Positions 11,268-22,831 of a stretch of 64,000 nt of DNA are shown piece after piece; positions within the stretch are counted from its first letter, which is position 1, and each line of letters opens with the position of its first letter. This DNA is from Flectonema sp. DT1601 (Eukaryota), in contig OZ025803.1 of the NCBI GenBank assembly GCA_964019425.1, forward strand, positions 62,001-126,000, read 5' to 3'. The position numbers and the translations under genes are program-made. Below the pieces are notes generated by a model. The model saw nothing but the letters and a program-made list of their open reading frames with translations. It ran no database searches and was not told the DNA's origin.

Positions 11268-12204
11268 TTAGTCCTGCAAGCGATTCTTTCGCTTTTTATT
11301 TTTCACATTTCCTTCCCTCGATGGAAGATTTTTTTTGTCCAACTCCTGTCGTAAATATCCCAACAGAGGAATCTTATTAATCTTGTCATCAGTTAGTTGA
11401 TTCCACTTAATTGAGAGGTTCTCTTTTGTATTTCGAGAAGGACAATAAATAACTCGAGTTGGTGTCACGATGATATCCAAATATGAATCGTGTTCGTCAA
11501 CTGGGATGTCGTTAAATCCACCAACTGGATTATCATTACACAACACCTGACAATCATGAACTGTTGTTATAAATAATGTTTTCTTTGGATCTATTAGTCT
11601 ACTTTCAAATGCAAGGGCTGCTTCCAAATCCGCATATCCGCCTCCCTTTCCAATTCTCTTCCCATCAGGTGTGACAGCAACACTTCCCATTACTATAATA
11701 TCAAGGGATTGGATCTCCTCAAGGCTAACATGTGTAGCAACAGAGAGACCTGTTTTGAGGGATTGTGTAAAAAAAAGTGAAATACATATCTCCAAGATAT
11801 GATTAACGGTTCATACCGTGTTTAAGTTCACTCGCTTTTTGTAAATCAGTGACTCCCTTAAGATGAAGAGCAGTTTTTGATAACGTGACAAAGGGAGGTA
11901 TCTGTGAAAGTTTTGGTATTGGCATGTACAAAACTTTATCATCTTCAAGAGCAGCTTGTCGAATATATTTCTGAGGTGTGTCAGGATTAACTTTCAATAC
12001 GTTACATTTCATCCACTCAGGAGTCTTTCTTAGCCGTGACGCGGCTCTCTCTGCTCCTTCAAAATTTGGTATTTTATTGAAGGCACCCGGAAATCTAGAA
12101 ATTTCTTTTTCATCCATCAGTTTCCACATCGCTGTTCGGAGAGCTGATTTCATTTTTAGAATCTCAGAATCACCACCAGCGTCATCATCGTGTCTCACAG
12201 CCAT
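11268..12204 (-). CDS. MTHFSD: 5-formyltetrahydrofolate cyclo-ligase family (MTHFSD-like), 2 exons (12204-11817, 11749-11268), 289 aa
   Basis: KIPNFEGAERAA, KVNPDTPQ, GSVAV, RIGKGGGYADLE, TTVHDCQV, DIIVTPT. The 67-nt intron GTATGA...AAAACAG (11816-11750) joins the two ORFs in frame. Confidence 0.9.
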
Positions 12205-12303
12205 TAGTGTCGAGAGACTGCATTAAAGAAATAGTTTTATACGAAATACACAGTTCCAGGTGATGGTATGCCAATCTCCTTCTCTTGAGTGTAATAAAAG
12301 AGT

Positions 12304-13688
12304 TTAGGATATGACCGCAGTTAGTATGTTATCAATTCTTTTTTCATCGAGTCCGTAATACTCAGAAACCCATTTCGGGTGTTCTGGAACAGGTCTGATC
12401 GTTGCATGGGAGAGACTCGGATATCTCTTTATGAAATTAATCCATTTTGCATCAGACTCGAATACATGATCATCTCTGTGACCGAATGCCCCTCTAGAGG
12501 CACCAGCAGGATCGATAACAAATCCCCCAGATGATAATATGTGATGACAACCAATTAGACCTTTAGAATCCTCAAGGAGCTCAACGAGAGTATAATTATT
12601 GCCGTATAACTTTTGAACATAATGAATTTCGTCAGGGATGTATTCTAAAGTATGAATACAAAAAGAATCGATTGACAAATTAACTTCACCAACAGAAATA
12701 TATTTCCATCCCAACTGTCCCATAATATTAAATAATTTAAGAGCGGCTACGCAGATACTTCTAGACGAGAATCGAAGACCAATTCTGTAGTACAAATCCT
12801 CAACTAATCCATCAGGTAGATCCTCAACAGGTTGACCTGTAGGATTTCCTTGTCCATACAGAGATATAAAAGCATCCATTGAACTACCAACACTGTTACA
12901 AACAACTGATATTCTTGAGGGAAGACTATCACAGTCAGGATGGTATTTCTGTTCTTCCATACCACGAACTTCATTCGGTAAGTTGCTCTGCGGTCTTGTC
13001 ACTGTTTGATTAATTGCTGTGTTCTGCTTCAGTTACTCACTTTGTGTAAATTAAACATACCCGAATTATAATCAACAGCGTGAACTAATAATTTAGGTGG
13101 TCCATAATAACTCAACCAAGTATCAATAATAAGACTTAATATGTCTTTAGCTTTTATTGTGGATTGGTTACTAGAAGGACATATTGATCTGTTTTTTATA
13201 TGAAGAGTACCTGGTGGTGGTTTACATGTGCTTGTTAATCGAATTGTTGGTTTTGATGATGTCTCGCTACTACTCACAGATAGAGATGTATCTTTCTTAG
13301 TGACTGTAGTGGTTGGATTAGGTGTGTTATTCATCCCTTGGTTGATGTTTTGCTCATCAACACAACTGATATCATTGTCTGATAAATTAGAAGGAACACA
13401 TTCTGACGACTGTTTCTTAGAAGTTTCGATGAGATGATCTGTTTTAGATTTCCCTTCCAATGGAGATGGAGATGGAGATGGAGGAGGTGGCTCTATGGGT
13501 TCATACAGTGGAAGTTGTTCAACAGGAACAACATTACTTTGTCTAAAACCCTTTCTCACTCCCTTATCAAATTCAACAGCTATCTTATCTCCGACATATC
13601 CACAAACAGTACCAACAGTGCCGTTGATATTACTGTTGCTCTTCAGACCAGTAATTCGAACCCGATGTCCCTTTTCAAATGTTACCAT
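12304..13688 (-). CDS. Protein with N-terminal SH3-like module and C-terminal transglutaminase-like (Cys-His-Asp) domain, 2 exons (13688-13061, 13001-12304), 441 aa
   Basis: The 59-nt intron GTATGT...CAAACAG (13060-13002) gives an in-frame join. Motifs SICVAALKLFNIMGQLG and HHILSSGGFVIDPAGA. Confidence 0.7.
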
Positions 13689-15852
13689 GTCGCTTGTCTT
13701 GTCATTTAAGTCTTAAAGTGAAGTAATTTATTGATGACAACCACCACAATAGATTCAAACGGAAATACCACTTCTTGTCTTTTGAAAAGTACATTATGTC
13801 ACCTGTTCGAGAAAAAAGGGTAATATTTTAGATTTATACTCACAATGTGATTTCAATAAAACAGAAAAACATAACAGAAACAGCTGGGGAGGTACAATAA
13901 ACCAACCAAAAGTGAAGGAAAAAAACCAAAAACGGCAATAAAAAAAAAAAAGAAAAAACAGCCTCATTCCACTTTGAGTAATTCAAACCACTGCAATGTC
14001 TCTCTTCGTCATTTTAATAAATCAAACAAACGAAGTCAAAATGTTAATTATTTCCTCTTAAAGGGGGAGTGATATTAACTAACACGGAGACTTGTATCGC
14101 AGGGAAGAGTTCTCAATTACGTCACAAAGACAGCTAACCACTGATGTTTAAATATAATAATTCAATTCATCAGTGAAGAGAAACCAAACAGTAATCTTAT
14201 CGACTCTTGTAAGGTAAAGTAAGCAGATCCTACTTAAGGAATACACTGCTCTAAGATTATGGAACAGATGTAAACAAGTGAAATCCCAGACACACGATGT
14301 TGTTACACATAAACTACAAGGACCACAACAACAGTACTCTCAAACAGTACTCGGCGTTTCCAGTACTGTGTTTGAGTTATTTTATAAAATAAAAATATCG
14401 CCGTAGGAGGTACTAACACACATGAAGACTACAAACAGAAATCTTATCGAGTCCCGTAGAGACAAAAAGGGTGTCCGATTCACTCCATAACACCATCCTA
14501 TAAAATAGAATGACGAGGGCAATGAATACATTAATATGTTATCTGAGCTGACAAGTAATTACGTTCATACTACTACTCTGATTGTGTTTCCTCAACAGAT
14601 ATCCTTTTTTAGATTCCTGTGAGTCAGTAGAGGGAGTAGAATCCCAATCAGCGTCAGACAACAAAACAGTAACATCGCAGTAATTTGTAACTGCTGAGGT
14701 TCTTATTATGATTCCCAGCAAAACCAATACGAGAAATACTATCTCCAAAAAAAAAAAAAAAAAAAAAACATAATTTAGTATAAACAAAAAAAAAAAAGGG
14801 ACGAAAAATAGTTCACAAAATAACTCCCAAGTAATGAAGGACAGAATAACCCAAAAAATTAGAATTACATTAGTGAGAACGATCGTAAATATAAAAAGTG
14901 AAGAACGCAAATGATATTACGTGTTGGTAACTTGAAACAAGTCAGCAAGAACAGTAATTATGGGTTCAGCTTATAGACGGGAAAGGTAAACAATTTTCAT
15001 CAATTTATTACAAATTGTGTTTTTTTTTTTTCAGTTCCCACTTTTTTTAGCTGTCAACTCGATCTCTCAGTTTTGAATAAAAAGAAAAATAGAAAATGAA
15101 AAATAATTCCATTTTTTTTTTTTTTTCGAATAAAACAATCCGTCCAGAGCACTCAGTGGCACCCGAGAGGGGTTTTCGAAATGAAAAAAAGAAAAGTGCT
15201 ACTCATACCAGAAACATAAAATAATCATTTCAAGCAGTTCAGTATCGTACGCAAAGCAGCAATCAAAAAAAGACATTGACAGCTAAACATAAAAACCCCC
15301 AACTAGTCACAGCTGGAAGTACACAAAATGCCCGATCCAACATAATAACGTTTGTGAGGAAAACCTAACAGGGAGAAGGGAGGGTGAAAAGAAAAAAACC
15401 GAACAACGTTATGATAGGAACCTGTGAATCAGGAAAAAGCTATAAAGATGGTGGTTAGAAGGAATAGTTTTGACTCACGCTAATTCGACTCAACGAACTG
15501 GGTCTAGAGAAGACCTCCAACTCATCAAAAGAAATACAACAGAGAGGACAGTAATCTTTTATCAAGTATCGTTTATACCTGCCAATGGATAATAAAGTCA
15601 CAGTGACATAAACAACCTGACAATCAATCACATCACCAAACATTCGTATTAATTTGAGTTGTGGATGAACTACTCTGTCGAAGGAACTCGAGAAGTTTGT
15701 TATTTGTTGTTATTATTGTTGTTGTTGTTTTTTTCTTTTTTTTTTTTTAGTTTGGTATTACAAACAGTAATATAAATAATCATAAGGACATTAAACATCT
15801 AATAGTCGGTTTCAGGATAAAATTTTAAAATAATATTTCTCAGGACCATTCA

Positions 15853-15924
15853 GATAACTTGACATAATAAATAAAAGGCTCTTTAATCTGAATGGTTTCT
15901 TCTCCGACTTCGTCGGTGCAAAAA
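15853..15924 (+). repeat. 67-bp dispersed repeat plus A tail, copy 1
   Basis: 6 mismatches against 28591-28657; ends ccgacttcgtcggtgc-An. Confidence 0.85.
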
Positions 15925-16229
15925 CAAAAGAAAATAGGAAACCACGCAAAGCCGCACATTTTTTTTTTCAAAATTCCGGATTTTAACACAAAAAATTTGA
16001 AAAACCCGCTTAGCTCACAACAATCATATTTTCAACCAGCCTCCAAAATTTCCATAAATCACTAACAGGTTGGGTTGTGCTTCAGATTCTGATCCCCTGG
16101 AAGTTTTACTGATTGCGCAAAGTACAGTATGTCTGCAGGGCTGGGTCACCTTACTTTTAAAAAAAGGTTTTATATCGCATACTTGTTAAGTGCAAACAAA
16201 AGAAATAAGAAAAGAGGGAAGTGGGACGT

Positions 16230-16282
16230 GCTGCCCAACATTCCCTTTTAGCTCTTACAACACTTGTTAAATGCAAAAAAAA
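16230..16282 (+). repeat. ~45-bp dispersed repeat plus A tail, copy 1
   Basis: gctgcccaacattc...tcttacaa...ttgttaaatgc-An; second copy at 20003-20045. Confidence 0.7.
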
Positions 16283-16812
16283 GAAAAAAGTGTAAGTGTA
16301 AGGCCACAAGGCAAAAAGAAAACAAAGGGGAAAAAAAAGAACGAAAATGGAACACAAAAAGATTAAATAAGTAAAGATAGCCTGCCAGCGCAAACTGCTG
16401 CCTACCGGCGGTGGTAGGACAACAACATACGGAAGGTGACTTGAGAAAGAGAATTAAAAAAGTAAAACAACTCACCCAGAAGCCCGACACTTACTTGCGT
16501 TAATGCGGCTCCGTAGGTTGTTGTTTTGAATGAAATAAAAGAAGGGATAAGAACAAAAAAAAAGAAGAAAAAAACTCTCTCTCATGAGGTAGTTCACGCA
16601 ACACACGTCAGAGTTTAGAACACGCTGACTACCAGATCTATAGACTCGTGGATATTAAAACAGATAAATTATGACCAGTTGCGATATTCAGAGAAGCAAG
16701 TCACCTCAGCTAACGATTTCACGCAAGAAAATAAGAAAAGCGTCTCATCTGAAAGCAACCAGTCGCTACTTAACATATCTCTGAGTGGACTCACATTTTA
16801 GAGGAACTTATT

Positions 16813-17541
16813 TTATAAAATCGTAAATTTTGCGCCCACCTGTTCAACTTGAACAGTTGGGAATAACACTCCTTCAGCATCCCAGGGGCAGGTGAAGGAT
16901 TGACCTTCGACGTTGAAGGAAATAAAAGTTGAAGAAAAGGTTCTCACTGCGGACATTGTCACGACAGTTCCTTCAGTTGCCGGAGGTAGACTTCCGAGAA
17001 TGGTACGACCGTGTAGTACAGCACCATCACATGGTCGATAACGGATACCAACAAATGATAAGAATCCACAATTAAATGTTGAGAGGAATCCAATTCCATC
17101 AAATGTCTGTTGACGAGAACTTATTTGTTTCAACCCGGAAATCTTAATTCGAATCGTTTCACGAGATGGTGCTTCAGGAATACCCGGCACGGCAGAGAAA
17201 CAAAATGTTTTATTCTGCATGAGCCCTTTCTCAACGGTGTTGTTCTGAACTTTGAAACAATCGTAATTTATAATTCCCTTTGCGAGTCCTGACACTTCGA
17301 AGAAATCATCGCTGTTCTGCTCCCAGTGAAATTTTTTTCTTTCGACTGCTATCAACACGTCGTCAGCACTGATTCCACTGTCACACAACTCAGTGTCTAC
17401 GTCGAATACCTCCCCGTCTTCGGTAGCTACAGAACTCCAACAATCACTCAGTTGTAATATAATGTCACTGACCTTACCATCAAACGGTGTGGTCACTGAT
17501 ATTATTTCATCAAAGCATCGAACAAAAACCTGAAGTTCCAT
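16813..17541 (-). CDS. Ubiquitin-like N-terminus plus SPRY/B30.2-like beta domain, 242 aa
   Basis: MELQVFVR...ELCDSGISADDVL fits a Ubl pattern; C-terminal ISFNVEG...LFPTVQV is SPRY-like. Confidence 0.65.
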   Translation of the reverse strand: MELQVFVRCFDEIISVTTPFDGKVSDIILQLSDCWSSVATEDGEVFDVDTELCDSGISADDVLIAVERKKFHWEQNSDDFFEVSGLAKGIINYDCFKVQNNTVEKGLMQNKTFCFSAVPGIPEAPSRETIRIKISGLKQISSRQQTFDGIGFLSTFNCGFLSFVGIRYRPCDGAVLHGRTILGSLPPATEGTVVTMSAVRTFSSTFISFNVEGQSFTCPWDAEGVLFPTVQVEQVGAKFTIL

Positions 17542-18125
17542 ATTCTTGTGAGGACAAGAGAAGTATCCTTTTTAAGAGAGAAAATAATAATAATAATAAA
17601 TTATTCACAATTAAAAAAAAGAGATTCTAAAACTATATCAGAGAGTTCAACAATTCGAACTGAAAATGTTGTAAACCCCAACTCGAATAGAAGATCAAAT
17701 CTCATCATGAGTTCCATCGTTGTGCATTCAACTCATTGAGAGGTATCATTTCATCTCAAAGGTGAAAGACATATTTGCACAACTTTATATAGATAATAAA
17801 ATAAACGAAAAAAAAGACCAACCAAAAAGAGATACAATAAATAACAAAAAGGAAAGTAAGAAATAAATAAAATTATATAAACGGATTGACGTGGAGAGTG
17901 TGACTGCTGAGCGAGACAGTCACACATCGTAAGTAACAGTAAACCTTGAAGGTAAACCGTCTCACCACGGAAATGAGTAAATAGTCAGCTGAAATGGAAT
18001 ATTTGATTCATTCCATTTTTATAAGTAAATAAAATAAAAAATATTAAAACACACAACATGAAGACATGTTGATGACTTCCATTAGTTGGATCACTTTACT
18101 TTAATTAAACAGGTCTCTGAAGTAC

Positions 18126-19484
18126 TCATGGAGATCGAGAAACAGTTGCTCCCCTCTGCGGAGATTGAGACTCTGTAATAGCACTGTGTAACCACTTCTG
18201 AAGATCATCATGTCTTGCGATAGAATTCTGCACTGATGACATAAAGGTGTCGACGTCGCGGTTTGAATTATCAGCTGGACGATTGGAAGACTTCCGACCC
18301 GACGCTTTTTGAGGAATTTGAAGAAGTGTTTCCCGAACATGCGGAGACCGAGTAACACTCTCCAGTTTTGGTATCGCATGCTGAGAGAATGATTTATAAC
18401 TGATGTCTCTCTCACCCTCTCCTCTGACGGATTTAAACACTTCAGATGCCGTAATCGTTGTTGCGATGCCACACTTTGTAATCAGCGATACGAAAGCTTT
18501 CCTTCTCATCCTCGGAGGTGATCCAGAGGCGAGTCCATTAAATAACTTTTCTAATCCCGTAAGAGGTTCACTACTATAGTTATTATGAGGTGTGAATTCA
18601 TCAATTGGAGATATCCATTTATTTATAACACGAACTTGATTACGTTGGTCATCTACTCGAGAATCCCACAACACGATTGATTTGTCTTCAGATTTTTCCA
18701 TCACCGTTCCGGTCTGACCTGCGCGTACAGCAGGAGAACCAGCCACGTCGATATCATAAACTGCTTTGACACGTTCTCCTGCACCACTTGGGTTGGTTAG
18801 CTCAACATTTACTATTGGCGGTTTAGTGTGTTGAGTCATTACCATTTCTTCTAAAGCTCTAACACGATTTCCTAAAACACTGCAACCCGCACACTGAAGA
18901 ACTCCATTAGTATTATGATTTGGACTGTGGGTGTGTTTTGATCTGAATTCCGTATCTTTGTCTTTGATCATTTCTTTTCTATTTGCCTGAGAGCATTGTT
19001 TTGAAACTTCCCAAGCGGAACACGCAGCATTCCATTCATTCTGTGTAGTAACAAAAGTCCTACCAGGTATTAACTCAGATTTAATAGTAATACGAGGATT
19101 AGAAGCAGTTGGTTGTGTATTAGTAGGAAGTCTTTCTACAATGTTATGCCAAAACTCTGCAGAAGATCTGAATTCTATTTCTCCACCACTGTGTGTTATG
19201 CTCACAACGTGTGGATTTGCTCGTTCCCAACCAGCAGTGTATGCTCTCAGCCATTTAAAATTCATATAATGAGATTTTCCATTCTCATGAGAGGCCCAAA
19301 CTCTAGTAGCTGCTGGTGGTTCTCTCGACCCTGGATCTATCTGAGCTTGTGTAAGAAGGTCTTCCCAGTATCCTTCATCAGCTGTAAAATTAAACTCCGT
19401 TGCAGAATCGGTAATCCCCCTAACTTGTTCTGCTACGTGTGATGGGGTCGGTGAGTACATCGGCATACTCGGTGTTTGTGTCAT
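18126..19484 (-). CDS. Hypothetical protein, 452 aa, with SH3-like module
   Basis: Long ORF on the gene strand; GERVKAVYDIDVAG...VRAGQTGTV module. Confidence 0.8.
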   Translation of the reverse strand: MTQTPSMPMYSPTPSHVAEQVRGITDSATEFNFTADEGYWEDLLTQAQIDPGSREPPAATRVWASHENGKSHYMNFKWLRAYTAGWERANPHVVSITHSGGEIEFRSSAEFWHNIVERLPTNTQPTASNPRITIKSELIPGRTFVTTQNEWNAACSAWEVSKQCSQANRKEMIKDKDTEFRSKHTHSPNHNTNGVLQCAGCSVLGNRVRALEEMVMTQHTKPPIVNVELTNPSGAGERVKAVYDIDVAGSPAVRAGQTGTVMEKSEDKSIVLWDSRVDDQRNQVRVINKWISPIDEFTPHNNYSSEPLTGLEKLFNGLASGSPPRMRRKAFVSLITKCGIATTITASEVFKSVRGEGERDISYKSFSQHAIPKLESVTRSPHVRETLLQIPQKASGRKSSNRPADNSNRDVDTFMSSVQNSIARHDDLQKWLHSAITESQSPQRGATVSRSP

Positions 19485-20002
19485 TATTACTTCCTCTTCA
19501 GAGATAATCTGTTTTTTGATAAAAAATAATAATAACGCGACTAACTCACTACAACAATAACAATGCTTACCTCATCAGTAACGCTTTACCTGTAGATTTG
19601 AAAGGTGTGAAAAGGTGCGACACAGACCAGAAACACAAATAAATTATTAAAACTGGTTTTAGGGGAGAGGATTATTTTTTTTTTTTTTTTTTCTCTTCTT
19701 TCTTAATAAAGGAATTGTGTGGTTCTTAATAATCACACAACTATCTAATCATTTTTTTTTTTTTTATATTTAATAACCCGGATGACTCACGATGAATGGC
19801 ACAAAACAATTATAGGCTTGGCTTTAGTGAAAAGAAAGGGTATAAAAGAGAAGCCGATTTTAAAGTGTAGTCTCCCTTTTTTTTTTTTTTTTTCCAAGTC
19901 TTGTGTTGGAGAAGAAAAAGGGGGAAAATAATAAATTTGCTTTTGCACGAAACCCCGTGAACCGACTTAAAACTGATAAAGCTAAAGGAGGTTTACGTTG
20001 TT

Positions 20003-20069
20003 GCTGCCCAACATTCTTTTTCGTTCTTACAATTTTGTTAAATGCAAAAAAAAAAAAAAAAAAAAAAAA
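20003..20069 (+). repeat. ~45-bp dispersed repeat plus A tail, copy 2
   Basis: Matches 16230-16274. Confidence 0.7.
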
Positions 20070-20081
20070 ATGAGCTTCCTC

Positions 20082-21218
20082 TCACCAGTAAATCTTACCT
20101 CCCCGAACCCTGACGCGGACTCTTCTTCGGACTCGGACTCGGACTCGCCTTCGTACCCGAACCCGAACTCTAACTCTTTTTCTTACGTAGTAAACACCTT
20201 TATGAGACTTGTAAGTGTAATGTTGAGGAATAGGGCCTTGGTTTGGTAGCTCAACAGATCCAGATTTAAGATTCTCAAAACTAATAGAATACATCAAAGC
20301 TTTATTAAGATATCCGAGTATTAACATGTCAGCTTCCTTTGTACTCCAACCAAAAGTCATATCAATAGATATTTGATCTGCTGTAAGATGAAGGGGAGTG
20401 TCCTTCGGGTACAGCTGTTCAGTACCTTTTATAAGACATCGATTTTCCCATGGGAGTGGTCCACAGAAATCGTTTGAAGTAAAGTGATCAACATCTGTTA
20501 TGTCAAGAAAGTTTACTTTTCTATCAGAGACTTCCTTAGCAGCTTTATTATACTTTTGAACTGTCTCTGAGTCCCAATGAAGTAACTTTGACGAATCATG
20601 TGGTGGTAGAATTGACATCATAACAACCTTAGCATTTGGAGAGTGATCATTAATAAGATTAAATATCTTTTCTAAATTACTTTTAAAAGTCTCAACAGGA
20701 GCTGATACAACAGATGCTGAGCTGGAGTCCATCCTTCCTAAGGAGATGACGACGTAGTCCCAAATCTTTTTTTGTGATCCGAGCCAGCTTGCTGTGCATC
20801 CAGCAGCCCAATTGCTGTTAACACCAGCCTCTGATGATGAGAAGTGAGTTTCATAAGTATTACGGTAACGAATACCAAAAGTGTCGGACATAATCGAAGC
20901 TTTGAGATCTCCAATCACGAGAACTTTACTTTTTGTAGTAGTGGCGGTGGTCGTCGTCGTTGTCGTGTTTGTCTTTTCAACCTCAACAGGTGTACATGGA
21001 GGAGTAAAACACGTGCACATCGAATGTAGTCCTTCAATCTCATCTGAGGGCATTGAACACCTCTTCCCAACACTGGTATCAGTGTCTGTTGAGAGACCAA
21101 CAAAAGCTCCACATTTCCATTTATCACCTCCAACACAGTCATTATCAGTTTCACAACCACCTCCAATTACTGATGGAGACACCAACGCCAGCAGCACACA
21201 GCTGCTGACTATTTTCAT
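20082..21218 (-). CDS. Secreted SGNH/GDSL-like hydrolase with Cys-rich N-terminus, Thr linker and Arg-Val repeat tail, 378 aa
   Basis: Signal peptide MKIVSSCVLLALVSPSVIG; VLVIGD (block I-like), DYVVISLGRMD (block III-like), DTPLHLT (block V-like). Canonical Ser and Asn are altered. Confidence 0.8.
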   Translation of the reverse strand: MKIVSSCVLLALVSPSVIGGGCETDNDCVGGDKWKCGAFVGLSTDTDTSVGKRCSMPSDEIEGLHSMCTCFTPPCTPVEVEKTNTTTTTTTATTTKSKVLVIGDLKASIMSDTFGIRYRNTYETHFSSSEAGVNSNWAAGCTASWLGSQKKIWDYVVISLGRMDSSSASVVSAPVETFKSNLEKIFNLINDHSPNAKVVMMSILPPHDSSKLLHWDSETVQKYNKAAKEVSDRKVNFLDITDVDHFTSNDFCGPLPWENRCLIKGTEQLYPKDTPLHLTADQISIDMTFGWSTKEADMLILGYLNKALMYSISFENLKSGSVELPNQGPIPQHYTYKSHKGVYYVRKRVRVRVRVRRRVRVRVRRRVRVRVRGGKIYW

Positions 21219-22831
21219 TTTTTTTATTTGTCACCTCCCTTTACAAAAGTTTATTATAAACAACTACGAAAAATACAAAACCAGCTCTACCACTTCTTCC
21301 CTTATTCCTGAAGCTGAGAATAATATAAGAACGCTACGAGACGACGTCATTAAAGATAAGATTCGAGCCACCAACTGGTGGTTGATAAACATGATGAACT
21401 CAAGTACAAGGTTTCTTTTTCCCTTTCTAGTTACTATGTTTTTTTATTCTTCACTAACCTGACTTTTTTGTGTTCTGATTGAAGTCAGTGTTTGTGAACA
21501 ACGGGAAAAAGCTGTTCAAAAAAAATAAAAAAAAAAAATAGGGGGAAATTATCCCGCTGTTGCCTGTGTGCCCACAGTCAACGAGAGAGAGACACAGCAT
21601 GCCTGTGCAACGTGTCATCAATAACGTTTGTGAGGACGGTATATGACACACTGTGACCCTCTTCGCGTTGTCATGAACACGTCCAACAACAGAAGGGAAT
21701 CAAGAGGGGAAACTCTGTCAAAAAAAAGAAAAAAAGAAAACACTACTGAGTGTGCATCGTACAACGAATGGACGACGCACTTAAAAGACTACTTTGTGAG
21801 TGTTTTCGACGACCCTCCTTTTTACTTAATGATTGGTAATTACGTGCACGAACTTAGAACTGTTCTAAGGAGGGATTGATAAACAGAAAGAGAATGGGGA
21901 AAATAAAATTTTAAAAAGAAAACGCGTACCTGATCAACAACGGAAGCGGGCAATACACCGAGTTGGTTGAGAACACAAGAATGGGGAGAAAAGGGGACAC
22001 CCAAGAACTCTATTACTATTAAAGATAAAGTTGGAAAATATGTAAATTCCAAAGTGTAGCGTTTACGCCACAAAATCATCACGACCACAAAGATATCTTT
22101 TTTTTTTTTCCGGTTCGCGGGGCATATAAAAAGAACTCTCGCTGCTAGTGCAAGGCATTTGCGCAAAGAAAAAAGCAAAAAGAAATATTCAACTTCTCGG
22201 AATCGAACTGGAGCTTTAAAAAGATTCACGAGACGAGGTAGTTCCAGATACCGGCGGAGCTCTTCAGGCCAGCTGGTTAAGTTTGTTTCAAAAAGTAAAA
22301 AATGAGGGGAAAATACTGTCTGCACTGTACCACATAACATATGTGAACCACTGCGGTACAACATTAACCAATCAGTCACCAGTCGTACTTGTTGTGGTGA
22401 AGAAAACAATTGTGTAGCGTTTACGCCACCATTGCATTTGTCAAAAAAGTGATTAACGAAATCAATGCAAATACACATTAGATCCCATAACATCACCGAG
22501 GGGAAGGAGAAAAAAAAAAACTAAGTTCCCTTTTTTTTTTTTTTTTTTTTTTTTTTGTAACTCCAAGACAGGCTGCAGCGTTTACGCCACCACGAGGAGT
22601 GACTATGCCAAATTGTTTTTTAAAGAAAAATGGTGGGGGGTGAAACTTTGACAATGTAACAACATTAGGTAAATAGTGGGAGGGGGAATCGATGTTGCTT
22701 ATCTTTATGACATGCAGACGGTTGCAGGATTGTGTACACCCGTCTTACTCAACGGTCGACTACGTCATCCTAACTGTGGGCCCTAACAAAGAGATTCTTC
22801 TTACGACTGTGTGACAGCTGTCACGCACTCA

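Noticed and set aside
13070..13130. Integrase-like motif WLSYYGPPKLLV
   Set aside because: Isolated resemblance with no other DDE context.
15900..15924. Resemblance of gtcggtgc to a tracrRNA or omegaRNA 3' end
   Set aside because: Only ~8 nt, followed by A rather than U, and no Fanzor/TnpB/Cas ORF was seen in the window.
20100..20190. Telomeric repeat as the source of the Arg-Val tract
   Set aside because: Codons are mixed and there is no TTAGGG run.
15344..21636. 17-nt duplicate aataacgtttgtgagga (15344 and 21620)
   Set aside because: Only two copies and no extension; cannot be separated from chance.
21840..22496. 218-aa minus-strand ORF
   Set aside because: GTG start, crosses homopolymer tracts and has no domain signal; probably UTR.
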